DNA from: Marsupella aquatica
Taxonomy: Eukaryota; Plantae; Marchantiophyta
Assembly (NCBI GenBank): GCA_973895155.1
Contig: OZ316899.1
Coordinates: 12,120,834 to 12,184,833, forward strand
DNA: 64,000 nt
Reading direction: 5' to 3'
A program made the position numbers and the translations under genes. This document shows positions 38,301 through 49,392 of this stretch, piece by piece. The notes below the pieces were generated by a model that saw only the letters and a program-made list of their open reading frames with translations, made no database searches and had not been told where the DNA came from. Each line of letters starts with the position of its first letter. Position 1 is the stretch's first letter.

Positions 38301-39959
38301 CCATTGCTCCACTATGCTTGGGTTAGCCATCTCCACTTAACCTTTTTCCTCAACAGCTCATAGAGTGGGTCCGCCAGGTGCAAGAAGTGAGGGATCCAGA
38401 TCTTGTAAAAGACACAAGCACCCAAAAACCTCCAAACTTCCGGCACCGATTTGCAATCTTTCATCTTGCTAATAGCTCTCACCTTATCCATGTTCGGCTT
38501 CCTTCCATAAGATCCGCACATTTGCCCAACGACTTTCACCTCTTTCATCCCGAATTCAGACTTCTCCCCCGAAAGAGTGACTCCCACATCAATCAGCTTC
38601 TCGAGAACCGCCTTAACATCCGCAATGTGATCCCACACAAACTGCCGGATCCCATCACTCCTCAAGGTCTCATCCTTCCCTTCAGCCAAGCACCCCTTTA
38701 TCGGGACATCATCAATGAACGGTCTCACTTTTTCCGGAATGAACGGCTCCAAGATTTTACTCATCGCATTTTGCATGTGCGCTACTGAGTTTGTTGCCCC
38801 TTGAGGAAGAGTGCACATCCTCAAGAGGCCCAGTGGGGTCCTCATAGTCGTAATGTCTCGGCTCTCTTGTGCCAACTGGAACTGGTCGTAACCCAAAAAC
38901 AAATCACCCATGGAGTAGATCGCCCTCCCAGCAAACTCCTCCGCAAACTCATCCACGAGTGGCCCAACTCCCACATTCCTGATGGTCACCTTGTTTGGAG
39001 GTTGCATGTCCTGAATGAACCTCAAGCTTCCATTCTTCTTTCTCACTGTAAACCATATGTTCGAGTAGGGAGCATCAGACCTCTCAAGAATCCTAGCACT
39101 CAAATTCTCCCACGGATCAACGGTGTCGAGAGGACTTGAAGTTAGGGGCTCCTCGGGCAAACTGCGCATTTTTGGCTGCGATCGGGACAGGCAACAAGCA
39201 CTTTTTGGAGCGAACTCTCACTCCTTTATATTTTTTACTTTTCTCACAAAGGTTACAATAGGTGCCCTCGAGTAAGCTTGCCCGCAAGAGTCTGGTAGCT
39301 GGCCCTACGGTGGGCCGTTACCTCTAACTTGTCGAGTAGAACTCCTCGAGTGACTAACTACTCAAAATCTGACGGAAAAACTATCCTCCTTAGCTCACAA
39401 AACCAAAAGTTGACTAGCTACTCCACTAGTCTAAAACAGCTCACACGGAACTCGGGCCTGGACCAACGAGGCTCCAAACTTGAGAAATCTTTGCGTGGAT
39501 CGACGAGACTCCAAACTTGAGAAATCCCCACCTGGATCAACAAGACTCCAAACTCGAGAAATTCCCCGCCTGGATCAAAAACTCCACACTCGCTCAGAAC
39601 TCCAAAACCGCCGCACAACAATCAAGTTCCACAGAACGGAGCAGAACTCACAGAATGCAACTCAATTGATCTCAATAGACAACCGCCAACCTCAATGAGC
39701 CAAGGCTCAAGTCTTAAGTAGCATCGGAAATCCAACCATCCAACCTAAGCCAGCTGCCATCAGCGAGGCTCATCCAAACTCCAAGCCTGGTGACTCACCC
39801 AAACACCAAACCTGGTGACGACGAGTCACCCAATCACCAAACCTCAATCCATCCAACCAAGCAGCCCCTCCGAGTCAGCATGCATGCAACCCAATCGGGA
39901 GGCCTCGCCCATCATCCCCTATAAAAGCCATTCCTGAGCCAAAATCTTTCGGCACAACA
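35389..39959 (-). mobile_element. Rearranged Ty3/gypsy element nested in the LINE endonuclease region (LTRs 35389-36237 and 39124-39959; no gag or protease)
   Basis: Two ~840-bp TG...CA direct repeats; PPT next to 36237; 4-bp TSD CCGT/CTGT on the minus strand; removing the insert restores LINE frame DSTGLTPLIRGRE. Confidence 0.88.
36377..39106 (-). pseudogene. Gypsy pol fragment (RT, RNase H, integrase)
   Basis: LPQGATNSV..PFIDDVPIKG (RT); HIAGKDNPVADMLSR (RNase H); H..H..C..C Zn motif; GKSERGH and WQGPY (integrase); several frameshifts. Confidence 0.92.
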
Positions 39960-42900
39960 ACAGGGTCAAGCCAGTGGAATCGCATCGGAGCTCAATCATG
40001 TTAAAATCTCCAGTGAACACCCATTGCCCCTGAGGCAATTTGTTTTTAAATCATTCCAGAGAATAGCTCGTTCTCCTGGAGAGTTGGACGCGTACACACT
40101 GATCAGCCCAAAGGTTCCCTCGGCGTGTTCCAGTTGGGCCCAAACAGCTCTGCCCAGGTCCAGCGTACCCGATGATAGTACCTTAAGTGACGGGTGCAGT
40201 AAAATAGCTGTGCCTCCCCTACCGTCAACGGGGGCCAAGTAAAAATGCTGATAATCGGGTAGGATGGTCTTCAGTGCATTATCCAATCAAAATTCACCAG
40301 CCTTTACTTCCTGCAAAGCCAGGGCATTGAGCGGAGGTCGGATTGAAGAATCCCATTTCAACACCACATGCTTTCTATCCGGATTACATAAGGCGCAGAC
40401 ATTCCACGATGCAAAATTGAGGAGTATCATATTGCTCCACTTCTCCAAGGGGCCAGCAAAGCAGCTTGAGGAGAAGCAACAAATAGCCAAAATTACGCCT
40501 TAACATTTAGCAGGTCAGAGGGAGAGCATTCCCACCAACCACCCCCACCGCCCCGCCCGTAAGGATAGGCGGGGGATCCCGTTCAGCAATAGGCTGCACC
40601 TCCACCACAGGGACAGGGAGCGCAGCGATGGAGCAATTCTGCTCCCGAGTCAGCTTCCGTCCTGGAGTCACCCAGCCCTCAGCATCCTGCACAGTAGAAT
40701 CAGGGGAGAAAGTAAGGATCGTTGATTCTTGGCTTTCTTTTTGCCTTTATCCTTCTTTTTCTCCTTAGGTGGGGATCTGCGTGCCAGTTTCCTAGCTCGG
40801 TGTTTCTTTTGAGCAGAGTGGGATATAAATCCCTCATATTCGGATAGTTCCATATCATAAGGTATTTCAAAGCCAGAGGGGTCGTCCACCATTTCCTCAG
40901 ATCCCTCCCCAACAGCAACCAGTTGAGTTCCTTCGGTAGGCAAAAGTGCCAAAGGGGGCTCAAGTTCCCTAGAAGGCATCAGAGTAATCTCAAGTGCTAC
41001 CAACATAAGCTTAGGCTTGTCATTCATAGCCTGTATTTCTTAAAAAATCCTAGGAACCTCATTCTCCATAGAAACAGAGTTAACCAGAGGGTTTTGGGGA
41101 CCCAATTTAGCAGATTCATCCACCGCCGATGCAATCACCACTGGCCAGGAATCAATAGCCAGCACCGGTGCAGCGCCAAATAAAGAGCTCCCTCTAGGAT
41201 CATGCTCAATAGTAGTCGTAGTTCCGAGGATGCCCCCGGGAGGAGGAGCCGCCATGGTTTCAAACTCAAGAGGGACAGGCATGTCTACAACAGGAACAAA
41301 GGTCACTGCGATCCTGCTCAGACACTCCGTCCACATTCATGTCTTCCCTACCAAATTGTTCACCAATGTCATCTTGAAAGGTTTCACTATAGGAGGGCTT
41401 CTCGCGACCTTCCAAAACATCCATAGAAACAGTGTCAAGGGCACGATGAGCTTCCCATCTTGCGAATCCATCAACATTATCACCAGAAGGTTTCAAACCA
41501 AACCAACTCTGCAATGGTTGATCAGAGGGAAGAGCAGTGGTTGCCTCCCTATCAAGTGGACATTGGTTTCTTATCAAATTGGATCGGGCATCCTGTCCCA
41601 AAAAATTGTTGACATAACGACCCCTGCTAGGAGTAGAAAACTCACGCTTGCGAGGGCCACCAGAATCCACATGATGCCAATGGCCAGCACCTCCTTCCAC
41701 ATCCCTTTGTGCCGCATCCCTCTGTGCAGCCCCATCGCGTAGAAAGGCAGGTCCCGCCATGAGAGTCCCGCGTCCTCCGTGTCCCGAAGTGTTCCTTCGA
41801 TATATTGACATAGATATCAAGTTGATCTAGATAAAATAGAAGAAAGGTAAATGGCAGGGGGCACCAGTCCAGCACCCGGGATACAATGAGCACGCACCTC
41901 AAAGATGAAGTAGGCGATTCCCAGTCACCTATGCATGAACTTGTGAAAGGGAGGCCTAAATTAGTAGCGCAAGATTGTGGACAATATCTCACCTGGAATC
42001 CTGGTCACCAGAGAGGAGAATGTCCACTAGCACGAGACCAGCACCCAGATCCCCAAAGGAGGTCTAGGGAGTCACCAGCAAGCCAATTTTGCAAGAATCA
42101 CCGAGTGAGCCGTAGGGATGGTGGAGTCACCCCAGGAATTGGAGGCAGAAAGTGAGAAGCCGCAAGAGCAGCGCCTCAAGGAATATGCAACATAAACCAG
42201 TCTATTGATCGCATGCAATGCAGTACACCAGTGTGGTAGTGTCCGCACTACCAAATCAAAGATGTCGTAACGTTGTTTGAACGCCAGTAAAGATGAAAGC
42301 GCTTTCAGCATAAAGGCCAGAGAGATTAGCCCCGCGACTCCTTCCGACCGTGACGCAATTTCACCCTACCCAGAGATTCAGCCCATAGCACGAGCACGGT
42401 TGGACTTCTTGTCTGCTCCCAGATACATTCCCATCATTCAGATGTTAGAATCTTTGGAAAAAAATCTTGAACCTACAGCTTCAGCTTTCATTGCGCGTCA
42501 GAGTAAGCGAAGTTTAGATAGCTTGTTTGTGGACCATCATTCTGATGGTCAAATCCATTCAAAGTCGTCTTAATCCGTAGTAATCCTTGCCATTATCTTG
42601 ATAATCATCACAAACATAACACAATCCACAAAGATCGAACACCTCACCCTCCGGAACACCCAAAAACCCCAAATCCTAGTTCTCACAGCTCCGTCAGTTC
42701 TCATAGCTCCGTCAGTAAATATGCTAAAACTTGAATCATGGTGGCCACAAAATACCCAAAGAGAACATTGATGGAAAAGGTTGATTAAGGGAGAAAATAT
42801 TTGATGTAGATAATAGTTCGGGCATGAGCGACAAACTGCCAAGACGTTCGGAAGGGTCGCTTTGACGCGCAAAAAGCGTGCAAGGGAGAAACCTACTTTT

Positions 42901-44738
42901 ATAACATGTAGAGGATACTTTCAGATTTGCTACCTCCCGGTCAAGTTTTTTGGGCTCAAAATTGGTCCTTCGAAGGTCCTTGAAAGATTTTGATGCCAAA
43001 ACGCTCTTGCACAAATAGGCAAATGTGACAATAGCAATTAGTGTCAGTAGCTCACTGTCCGCTTTGAATTGTTTGCATGGCTAGATGGACAGTGGAATGC
43101 ATGAGGGTTTTCATGCAAGAAGATGTGTTGAGATGAGTAGACTACATTGTACATGGCATTGGAACAAGTCATGAGGCTTGCAACAACTATGGATGGCATT
43201 GTAGTCTTTCAGCCCACACTGTCGTTCTGGTGGGATTTGTTGTTCAGGTATATCTGCTGGTCATCTGCTTCTTCTGCCTCAATGCGTGCTCTAAATGCAA
43301 GGGGAATCCGGACCACTCAAGATTCATTCAGAGTAGATCTCTTTGTCCGGATGTAGAATCAGTCCGGCGCCGACCTGTTTGTGTTTGGTGTCAAAAATGA
43401 ATTCAAGGGTCCATCTAGATAGGCAAAAGCTATTATTGCAATGAACATCAGACTTCGTGGAGTTAGATTGTTGGAATGTCAGATTGTTCCTACTGTGGTT
43501 GCTTTGGCCAAGTGTATTCCAACTTGTGCGGCACACAACCCTAAACCTTTGAGCAACTGACACAAAACTTCTTTTGAGTATGGACAGTCTTGACTTTGTA
43601 TTCTAAGATTCTAAAGATCCCGGATGTCCTTCCCCTTCATCGATCATGTCAATGTAATTTTTGCACGTTGAGCATCTCCCATGATATTCCAAATTGCTCT
43701 TCCTGCCTGATGTATCTGTCAATCTGGTGCCTGTTAAACTTCTAAAAAAAGTCTACAATAGTTGGTGGACAAGAAATTTAAGTCATGCTAACCCAATTTT
43801 GCTTTGGCATGCATGCATGACGGGGACAGCTGACATTGAAGGACCTGAAAAGCTGATGCACGTGTCCATTTAAAATAGTCCTATATTTTGGCTGCCCTAC
43901 TATAGTGTCTACCCGGCAAAAAGTTGAACAATCCAGCAAGTGAACAGGAAATGACGCTGGTATTGTTTTATATGATCCTCACCAGGCGACAGCATGTGTG
44001 GGAGTTGAGAGTTTGACTGAAAATCAGAATTCAGAAAAGAGAGGCTGCTGTCATCTATCCACGGTCGTGTAACAGTGAAAGGGAAGACTATGAGGAGTGG
44101 AGGATTTTGTACAGACAACCAGAGAATTGGGGTCATTCACCGAGCAACAAAAGATTTAGCATGCAGGTATAAGCAAGAAGAGAGAGCAAGAGAGGGGCGT
44201 TTCATTTTGGCAGTGGAACCTGAAAAGATTCACTGTTAATTTTTGCTCTACATGGACGTCTACAAAAGGAGATCAAAAACTCTGTTCATTTTCATAGTGA
44301 TGGCACCAATGATGATGAGAGTGGTGACTCACCACAATCTTCTACAACGATCTCAAATGGAGATCCCCACCGCTATGACGCCGCCGGTACGGCGGGTAAT
44401 GAGTGATTCGATCTAACCGCGCTTAGCACGCGCGCTAGGGATATCTTAGGCCATTATTATTAGCATAATGACAGTATTTAGGTAGCCATTATGAGTAGGA
44501 AATCATTAGTCAATAAGGGGAATTCATGTTCGGGCTGGCGGCGGGTTGCCATTTGCATGCCCGGGTTGCGAGCGTGTAATGGGCCCCTTTCCCCCCCTCG
44601 GGTCCATATAATGAACTCTGGGAGGCGGCCACTAACACGAGCTGACCCGGACCGGCGAAGGGGCCGGTACATTGCAAGCGTGAAAGGCTCGGCCTATAAG
44701 CGACGAGGAGCCGTCGGGCGATCGACGAGCTCTCAAGG

Positions 44739-44745
44739 TATAAAA
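44739..44745 (+). promoter_or_regulatory. TATA box upstream of the LTR-internal ORF
   Basis: GGTATAAAAGGGG conserved in all three complete LTR copies (also 59707-59713 and minus strand 49027-49033), ~100 bp before the ATG. Confidence 0.65.
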
Positions 44746-45393
44746 GGGGGCCGATCCTTTGCAGTGCACCAGTTCTTCAGTCCACGCGCCAGCTTCGACC
44801 CCGACTCTCTTGCTTTTTCCTTAGTCACCTACTATCTCCTTTGAATGTCGCACACGATCCTTTCTAGTTTGGCCATGCGATTCTGGACTCAGTTCCTGTC
44901 TATTGGAGGGCACTTGGCCAACTCATTGAAACACGCCAACGCGTGCCGATACGAGATCAAACGCAAATACGAGAAAGCCATCCGCCTAGTAGGACAACAC
45001 CACTATCTCCTTAACTTTGATTACCCGTCCCAGAGCAAGCTTTACCGACCCAAAGAAGTATTAGGGTACTTCTTCGACGGAGGCAAATACATCAGCTTCT
45101 GGGAGGCATTGCTTCGGCTTCCGAATGAGGTCTTCAATATCCCGGGCATGTTTGACTTGCAGCGGCACCACTTTGACCACATCCCCGCTCGGGTCCGGGC
45201 TATCATCAATAGCAAGTTCAACACTGCCCGGTCGACAGGGCCATCTTCACTTGCTTTGGAAAACCTCCACTGGCACCTGCAGAAATTCATGGCAACTCTA
45301 CCATCAACGACCAGTGCCGGCCAACCCGTGCCCGTACCCGCACCTACACCTCCTCGGCCTCAGCCGAGCCGGTCCCCGCCACCGGTTCCACCG

Positions 45394-48300
45394 TGTCACG
45401 TCATCGACTGCGGCCTTAACTCAGACTTCAGCTTAGACGGGCACATCCCTCGTAAATCTGAGGGTTCGGGCAGGAAGGGAAGCACGTAATGCACCTTATT
45501 CTCGTAAACTAGCGCTAAGTGCGCATACTGCTAAATACGGACACCTCCTAGGTATGGTTTGTGTTCCGCCGCCGGAACGTACTTTAGTCGATAGCAGGAT
45601 CGACCCCGGCTTAAGGGCTTCTAAGCCTTCGTGCTGTCCGCCTTTGATCCGGATTCGATGATACAGGTCCTCAACCCGTGCTCGCAACCACTTACCCGCA
45701 GGTTGCACCCTGTGCACGTCTTGGGTAGTGCGTTCGGCCTGGCGCTGCCACCCATATACGAGAAACCCACACACATACACGCGCACATGCATACAATCTC
45801 GATTTACACAAAGGAAAATGATGGGAAAGGATTTTACTACAAAGGGAACATATGCGTACACTTAGTTGACCCGACAGCCCCGGAATGAACAGCTTCAAGG
45901 CCGAGGGTGCACACTACAACGGAGCCCGGCTCTGCACTCGCCCGGCGAGCTTAGTCCTACCCCCTCCCCTTGGTACTCTTTCATTCCCAGAGGTCGGGAC
46001 TCCCCGCACATACCGCGGATGCCCAACTCTGCAACTAAAAACCCCCTGCCTCTACCGAGGGATGCACTAAATACTAAGGGACGAGGGACAGGGTGTCCTC
46101 TCGCCGAAGATTCGCTGACTAAGGTCCTAACTAAGCTGACAGTCAGGCCGGAAAACGGCTGTGTCTTATTAGAAGATCCTAATCTACGCAGGCTGGATAG
46201 CACGGCAGCGCTGCTGTACCTAAGGCAGGTGCCTGTCCCAAGAGCCTAACTAAGCCAGTCCTAATCCTAATCTATTCCTACTCCGCTGCTAATGCCTGGC
46301 ACGTTTGCCAGAGCCGCCCGAATGGGAGCGGCCATCCCGCTGCCTTTGAAGCCTGTCATTGTCCGCCTTGAGGAGCTGGACCTGGTCCAGCAGAGATTCG
46401 TTCTCTCGCCTCGCCGCGTCCGTCTCCTCTGCTGCCTCCTGACAAGCCTCCTCCAGCTGCTGGGCGTCACTTGTCAGTTTACCCGCCAGCTGGTCCTGCT
46501 TCTCGGCCTCGGTTTGGAGCCGCGCCACCTCGGCCTGCAGTGTGGCTATCTCCGTCGTGTCCCGTTGGGCCCGTTCCTCGGCCTCCTCCAGGTCTTTCTG
46601 CCAGGTGACAGTTTGATTCTTCAAACTGTCAATCTGGTTCCGGAGTTGTGTAATCTCGGCTTCGTTCCCAGCTTTGGCCTGTTCGGCTAGGGCGGTAAGA
46701 GCGTGCGCCTTTGCTAACAACTCATCGGCGGCTGCAACCTTGGATTGTAGTTGCCGAAGCTCAGCCTCTTGAGCTGCAACTTCATTCTTTAGATACACGG
46801 ACTCCACCCAGTACCGCTCTATCCTCTGAAGGGCCTCTGACTGGGCCCGACCTGTCTTTACTGCGGCAACCAACTCCTGATTGAAGAAACAGGCTACCTT
46901 CCGGGCCATGAACTCCCCGGTATCCCGGGCAATTTGATGAGAGAAATCTCCCAGAAGTCCGTTCAGAAATGTACCCGGTACGAAGAGTTCCGGGTGGTCC
47001 AGGTTGTGCCTGTCCGGAGTTGGGCACGGGCAGACATCAACACGCGCGGGGGCCGGGGCAGTGACGTCCAGCCCTGGGGACGTAACGTTGGAAGGGGCTG
47101 GAGTGTCCTCCTGCAGCAATGTCTGGTTCTCCGGAATAGCCACCGGTGGGTCTTTGGGAGACCCTGGCTCGGGTAAGACCTCCGTCGTACCGACTTCTGC
47201 ACTTAGCCTGGCTTGTTGGGTCGCATCAACGGTTGCGACGACCGACCCATCCGGTACCTCTTCGGTTACGACTACAACTACTTGTGGAGGTGGGGTGGGT
47301 GAAGCTGGCGTGTCCGCTGGACTTCGGGCCTCGGGTTGGGGCCGTCTCTCCAAGGCCGGGAAAACCCACCTAGCTGGGACCAGCTTTGTAACGTTGACAC
47401 GGGGAAGGGTTCGTTGATCAAACCGGGCGTACCACTCAAGAATGATCTCGATGTGGCTAGCGAAATACGCCTTCCCGCCAATGTACAGCGTCTTCCTTCG
47501 CCGCTCCATCTCTTCATGGAATTTCTTAGCGAAGTACGACGCCCACCTCCTAGGTCGATAGTTCTCAACCTGGATAACCTGGGCGGCGGAGATCTCCCCC
47601 CGGGGTTCCATCATGTGGAGGGCGTACCTCTGGAACTCCAGTCGCTCAGCTATCTCGGGGATGAGGCAGGTCTTCATCACGAACCCGTTGTCCACTGCTC
47701 CCTCTGAGGGAAAACTTGAAGATTGGTACTTGGCTCCCTTGCCCCCGGAAGCCCGTGATTCGACTCGATGGTCACCTTCGGGTAACCCGAAGATCATCCT
47801 GAGCCGTTCTTCCGTGAGGGACATACTCCTTCCCCGCAGCCGAGTATGTTGACGCGCGTCATCATAATTCCTGACGAACTCCATCATGTCCTCCCCGTAG
47901 TACCTGCAAGTGTTCCAGGGGAGGGAGGCGAGGTGCTCGAATCCCTGAGTCTTCAGGTACACCGCATGCTTGGGATGGAGGATGTTTTTGTGAACGTTTT
48001 CCCCCATGCGGTGCATCGTCACCTTGGCCACGGCTACCGTGGCCAACGGTAACCCGGATGCAGTGGCGGATTCCTTCCTCTTCTTCCCCCGTGACTGGCT
48101 TGGGGAAGGTGACACCTCCCCATCCTCCCGATTGGGCCTGGGTAGTGCCACTGCCGTTAGTAACGGGCCCGGGTCGGCCACGGTCACCATGTTGTCTGCC
48201 GGGGCCGCTCCTGGGGTCAGAGCAGGGGGTGGGGACGATATAGTGTCGGCCCCCTGAGCGCTTGTTCCTCTGGGCCGCCTGGTCAAGGGTAGGGTAGCCT

Positions 48301-49392
48301 CGTCGTCATCGCTAAGATCCACATCATTGATGACGGAGCGTACTTGTGCTGGCTGGGCGATCGGTGGTGGGGTTTGGCTAGGCTGCGGCTGAGGCTGAAG
48401 CTGAAGCTGAGCCTGAGGTTGTATGGGTACGGGTACGGGTACGATTGAGTTGGTCATGTTGGTTGCTGGCCGAGTTCCTATGAAGCTCTGTAGGTGCTGG
48501 TAGAAGTTCTCTGAAGCGAGTGCAGATGACCTTGTCGAACGGGTAGTGCTGGACTCGCTGTTGATGATAGCCCGAACCTGAGCAGGGATGTGGTCAAAGT
48601 GATGTCGTTGCAAGTCGATCGTACCCAGGATATTGAAGACCTCGTCCGGAAGCCGAAGCAATGCTTCCCAGAACCCGATATATTTGTCTCCATTGAAGAA
48701 GTACCCGGATACCTCTGCTGGTCGATAAAGCTCGCTCTGAGACGGGTAGTCAAAGTTAAGGATGTAGTGGTGTCGTCCTGCTAGGCGGATGGCTCTCTCG
48801 TACTCGCGTTCGATTTGGTATCGGCGCGAGTTGGCGTGTTTCAATGAGTCGGCCAAGTGCCTTCCGGTAGATAGGAACTGCGTCCAGAATCGAATGGCCG
48901 AGCTGGAGAGGATCGTGTGCGACATTCAGAGGAGATAGTAGTGGCGACTTAGAGCGAACGAGAGAGCTAGGGTCAAAGCTGGCGCGTGGACTGATGGACT
49001 GGTGCACTACAAAGGGTTGGCTCCCCTTTTATACCTTGAGGGCTTGTCGATCCCCCGACGTCCCCTCGACGCCCATAGGCTGAACCGCTCACGCTTGTGG
49101 TGTGCCGGCCACTCCGCCGGTCTGAGTCAGCGCGTGTTAGTGGCCCCTTCCTTAAGTTCGTTATACGGACCCGAGGGAGGGGCCCCTCCAGGCTCGTAAC
49201 CCGGGTGTGCAAATAGCGACCAGCCGCCAGTCCGAACCTGAATTCCCCCTTATTGGCTAATGATATCCTACCCATAATGATTACCTAAATACTGTCGTTA
49301 TGCTAATAATAGCGGCCTAAGACACTCCTAACGCGCGTGCCGAGCGCAGTTAGACTGAATCACTCATTAACCGCCATACCGGCGGCGTCACA
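45394..49392 (-). mobile_element. Inverted solo LTR (3999 bp) of a sister subfamily
   Basis: Plus-strand TGTCACGTC...GGCGGCGTCACA is the reverse complement of the complete LTR; no TSD (CACCG versus CTCAT). Confidence 0.92.
46289..48925 (-). CDS. Intact 878-aa LTR-encoded protein (Pro-rich linker, NLS-like motifs, plant-transposon-protein/ATHILA ORF1-like domain, C-terminal coiled coil)
   Basis: Uninterrupted ORF lying wholly within the solo LTR; RGKKRK; LPW..EFVRNY..LRG..L..IFGLP; CPCP..DxHxLDH; heptad-rich C-terminus; homologous copies in both LTRs. Confidence 0.85.
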   Translation of the reverse strand: MSHTILSSSAIRFWTQFLSTGRHLADSLKHANSRRYQIEREYERAIRLAGRHHYILNFDYPSQSELYRPAEVSGYFFNGDKYIGFWEALLRLPDEVFNILGTIDLQRHHFDHIPAQVRAIINSESSTTRSTRSSALASENFYQHLQSFIGTRPATNMTNSIVPVPVPIQPQAQLQLQPQPQPSQTPPPIAQPAQVRSVINDVDLSDDDEATLPLTRRPRGTSAQGADTISSPPPALTPGAAPADNMVTVADPGPLLTAVALPRPNREDGEVSPSPSQSRGKKRKESATASGLPLATVAVAKVTMHRMGENVHKNILHPKHAVYLKTQGFEHLASLPWNTCRYYGEDMMEFVRNYDDARQHTRLRGRSMSLTEERLRMIFGLPEGDHRVESRASGGKGAKYQSSSFPSEGAVDNGFVMKTCLIPEIAERLEFQRYALHMMEPRGEISAAQVIQVENYRPRRWASYFAKKFHEEMERRRKTLYIGGKAYFASHIEIILEWYARFDQRTLPRVNVTKLVPARWVFPALERRPQPEARSPADTPASPTPPPQVVVVVTEEVPDGSVVATVDATQQARLSAEVGTTEVLPEPGSPKDPPVAIPENQTLLQEDTPAPSNVTSPGLDVTAPAPARVDVCPCPTPDRHNLDHPELFVPGTFLNGLLGDFSHQIARDTGEFMARKVACFFNQELVAAVKTGRAQSEALQRIERYWVESVYLKNEVAAQEAELRQLQSKVAAADELLAKAHALTALAEQAKAGNEAEITQLRNQIDSLKNQTVTWQKDLEEAEERAQRDTTEIATLQAEVARLQTEAEKQDQLAGKLTSDAQQLEEACQEAAEETDAARRENESLLDQVQLLKADNDRLQRQRDGRSHSGGSGKRARH

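Larger units (their letters stand above)
31961..40430 (-). pseudogene. LINE ORF2 (APE endonuclease, RT, zf-RVT), decayed and split by the LTR insertion
   Basis: SWNV..LQEVK; SRLDRFY..SDHDP; KAPGIDG; QTGFIPGR, KLDFEKAFDRV, GVRQGCPLSPLLF, LFADD; CTLC..ETILHIFFDC. Confidence 0.92.
31653..42716 (-). mobile_element. L1-type LINE retrotransposon interrupted by a gypsy element
   Basis: TSD AAATATGCTAAAACTT at 31637-31652 and 42717-42732; A-rich tail with AATAAA on the minus strand at ~31653-31666; endonuclease and RT domains. Confidence 0.88.

Noticed and set aside
43515-43552. GLGLCAAQVG on the minus strand, resembling peptide deformylase motif 1
   Set aside because: No EGCLS or HExxH motifs are visible and the frame contains stops
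46292-48784. Numerous short plus-strand ORFs
   Set aside because: They are antisense shadows of the GC-rich 878-aa ORF with no independent motifs
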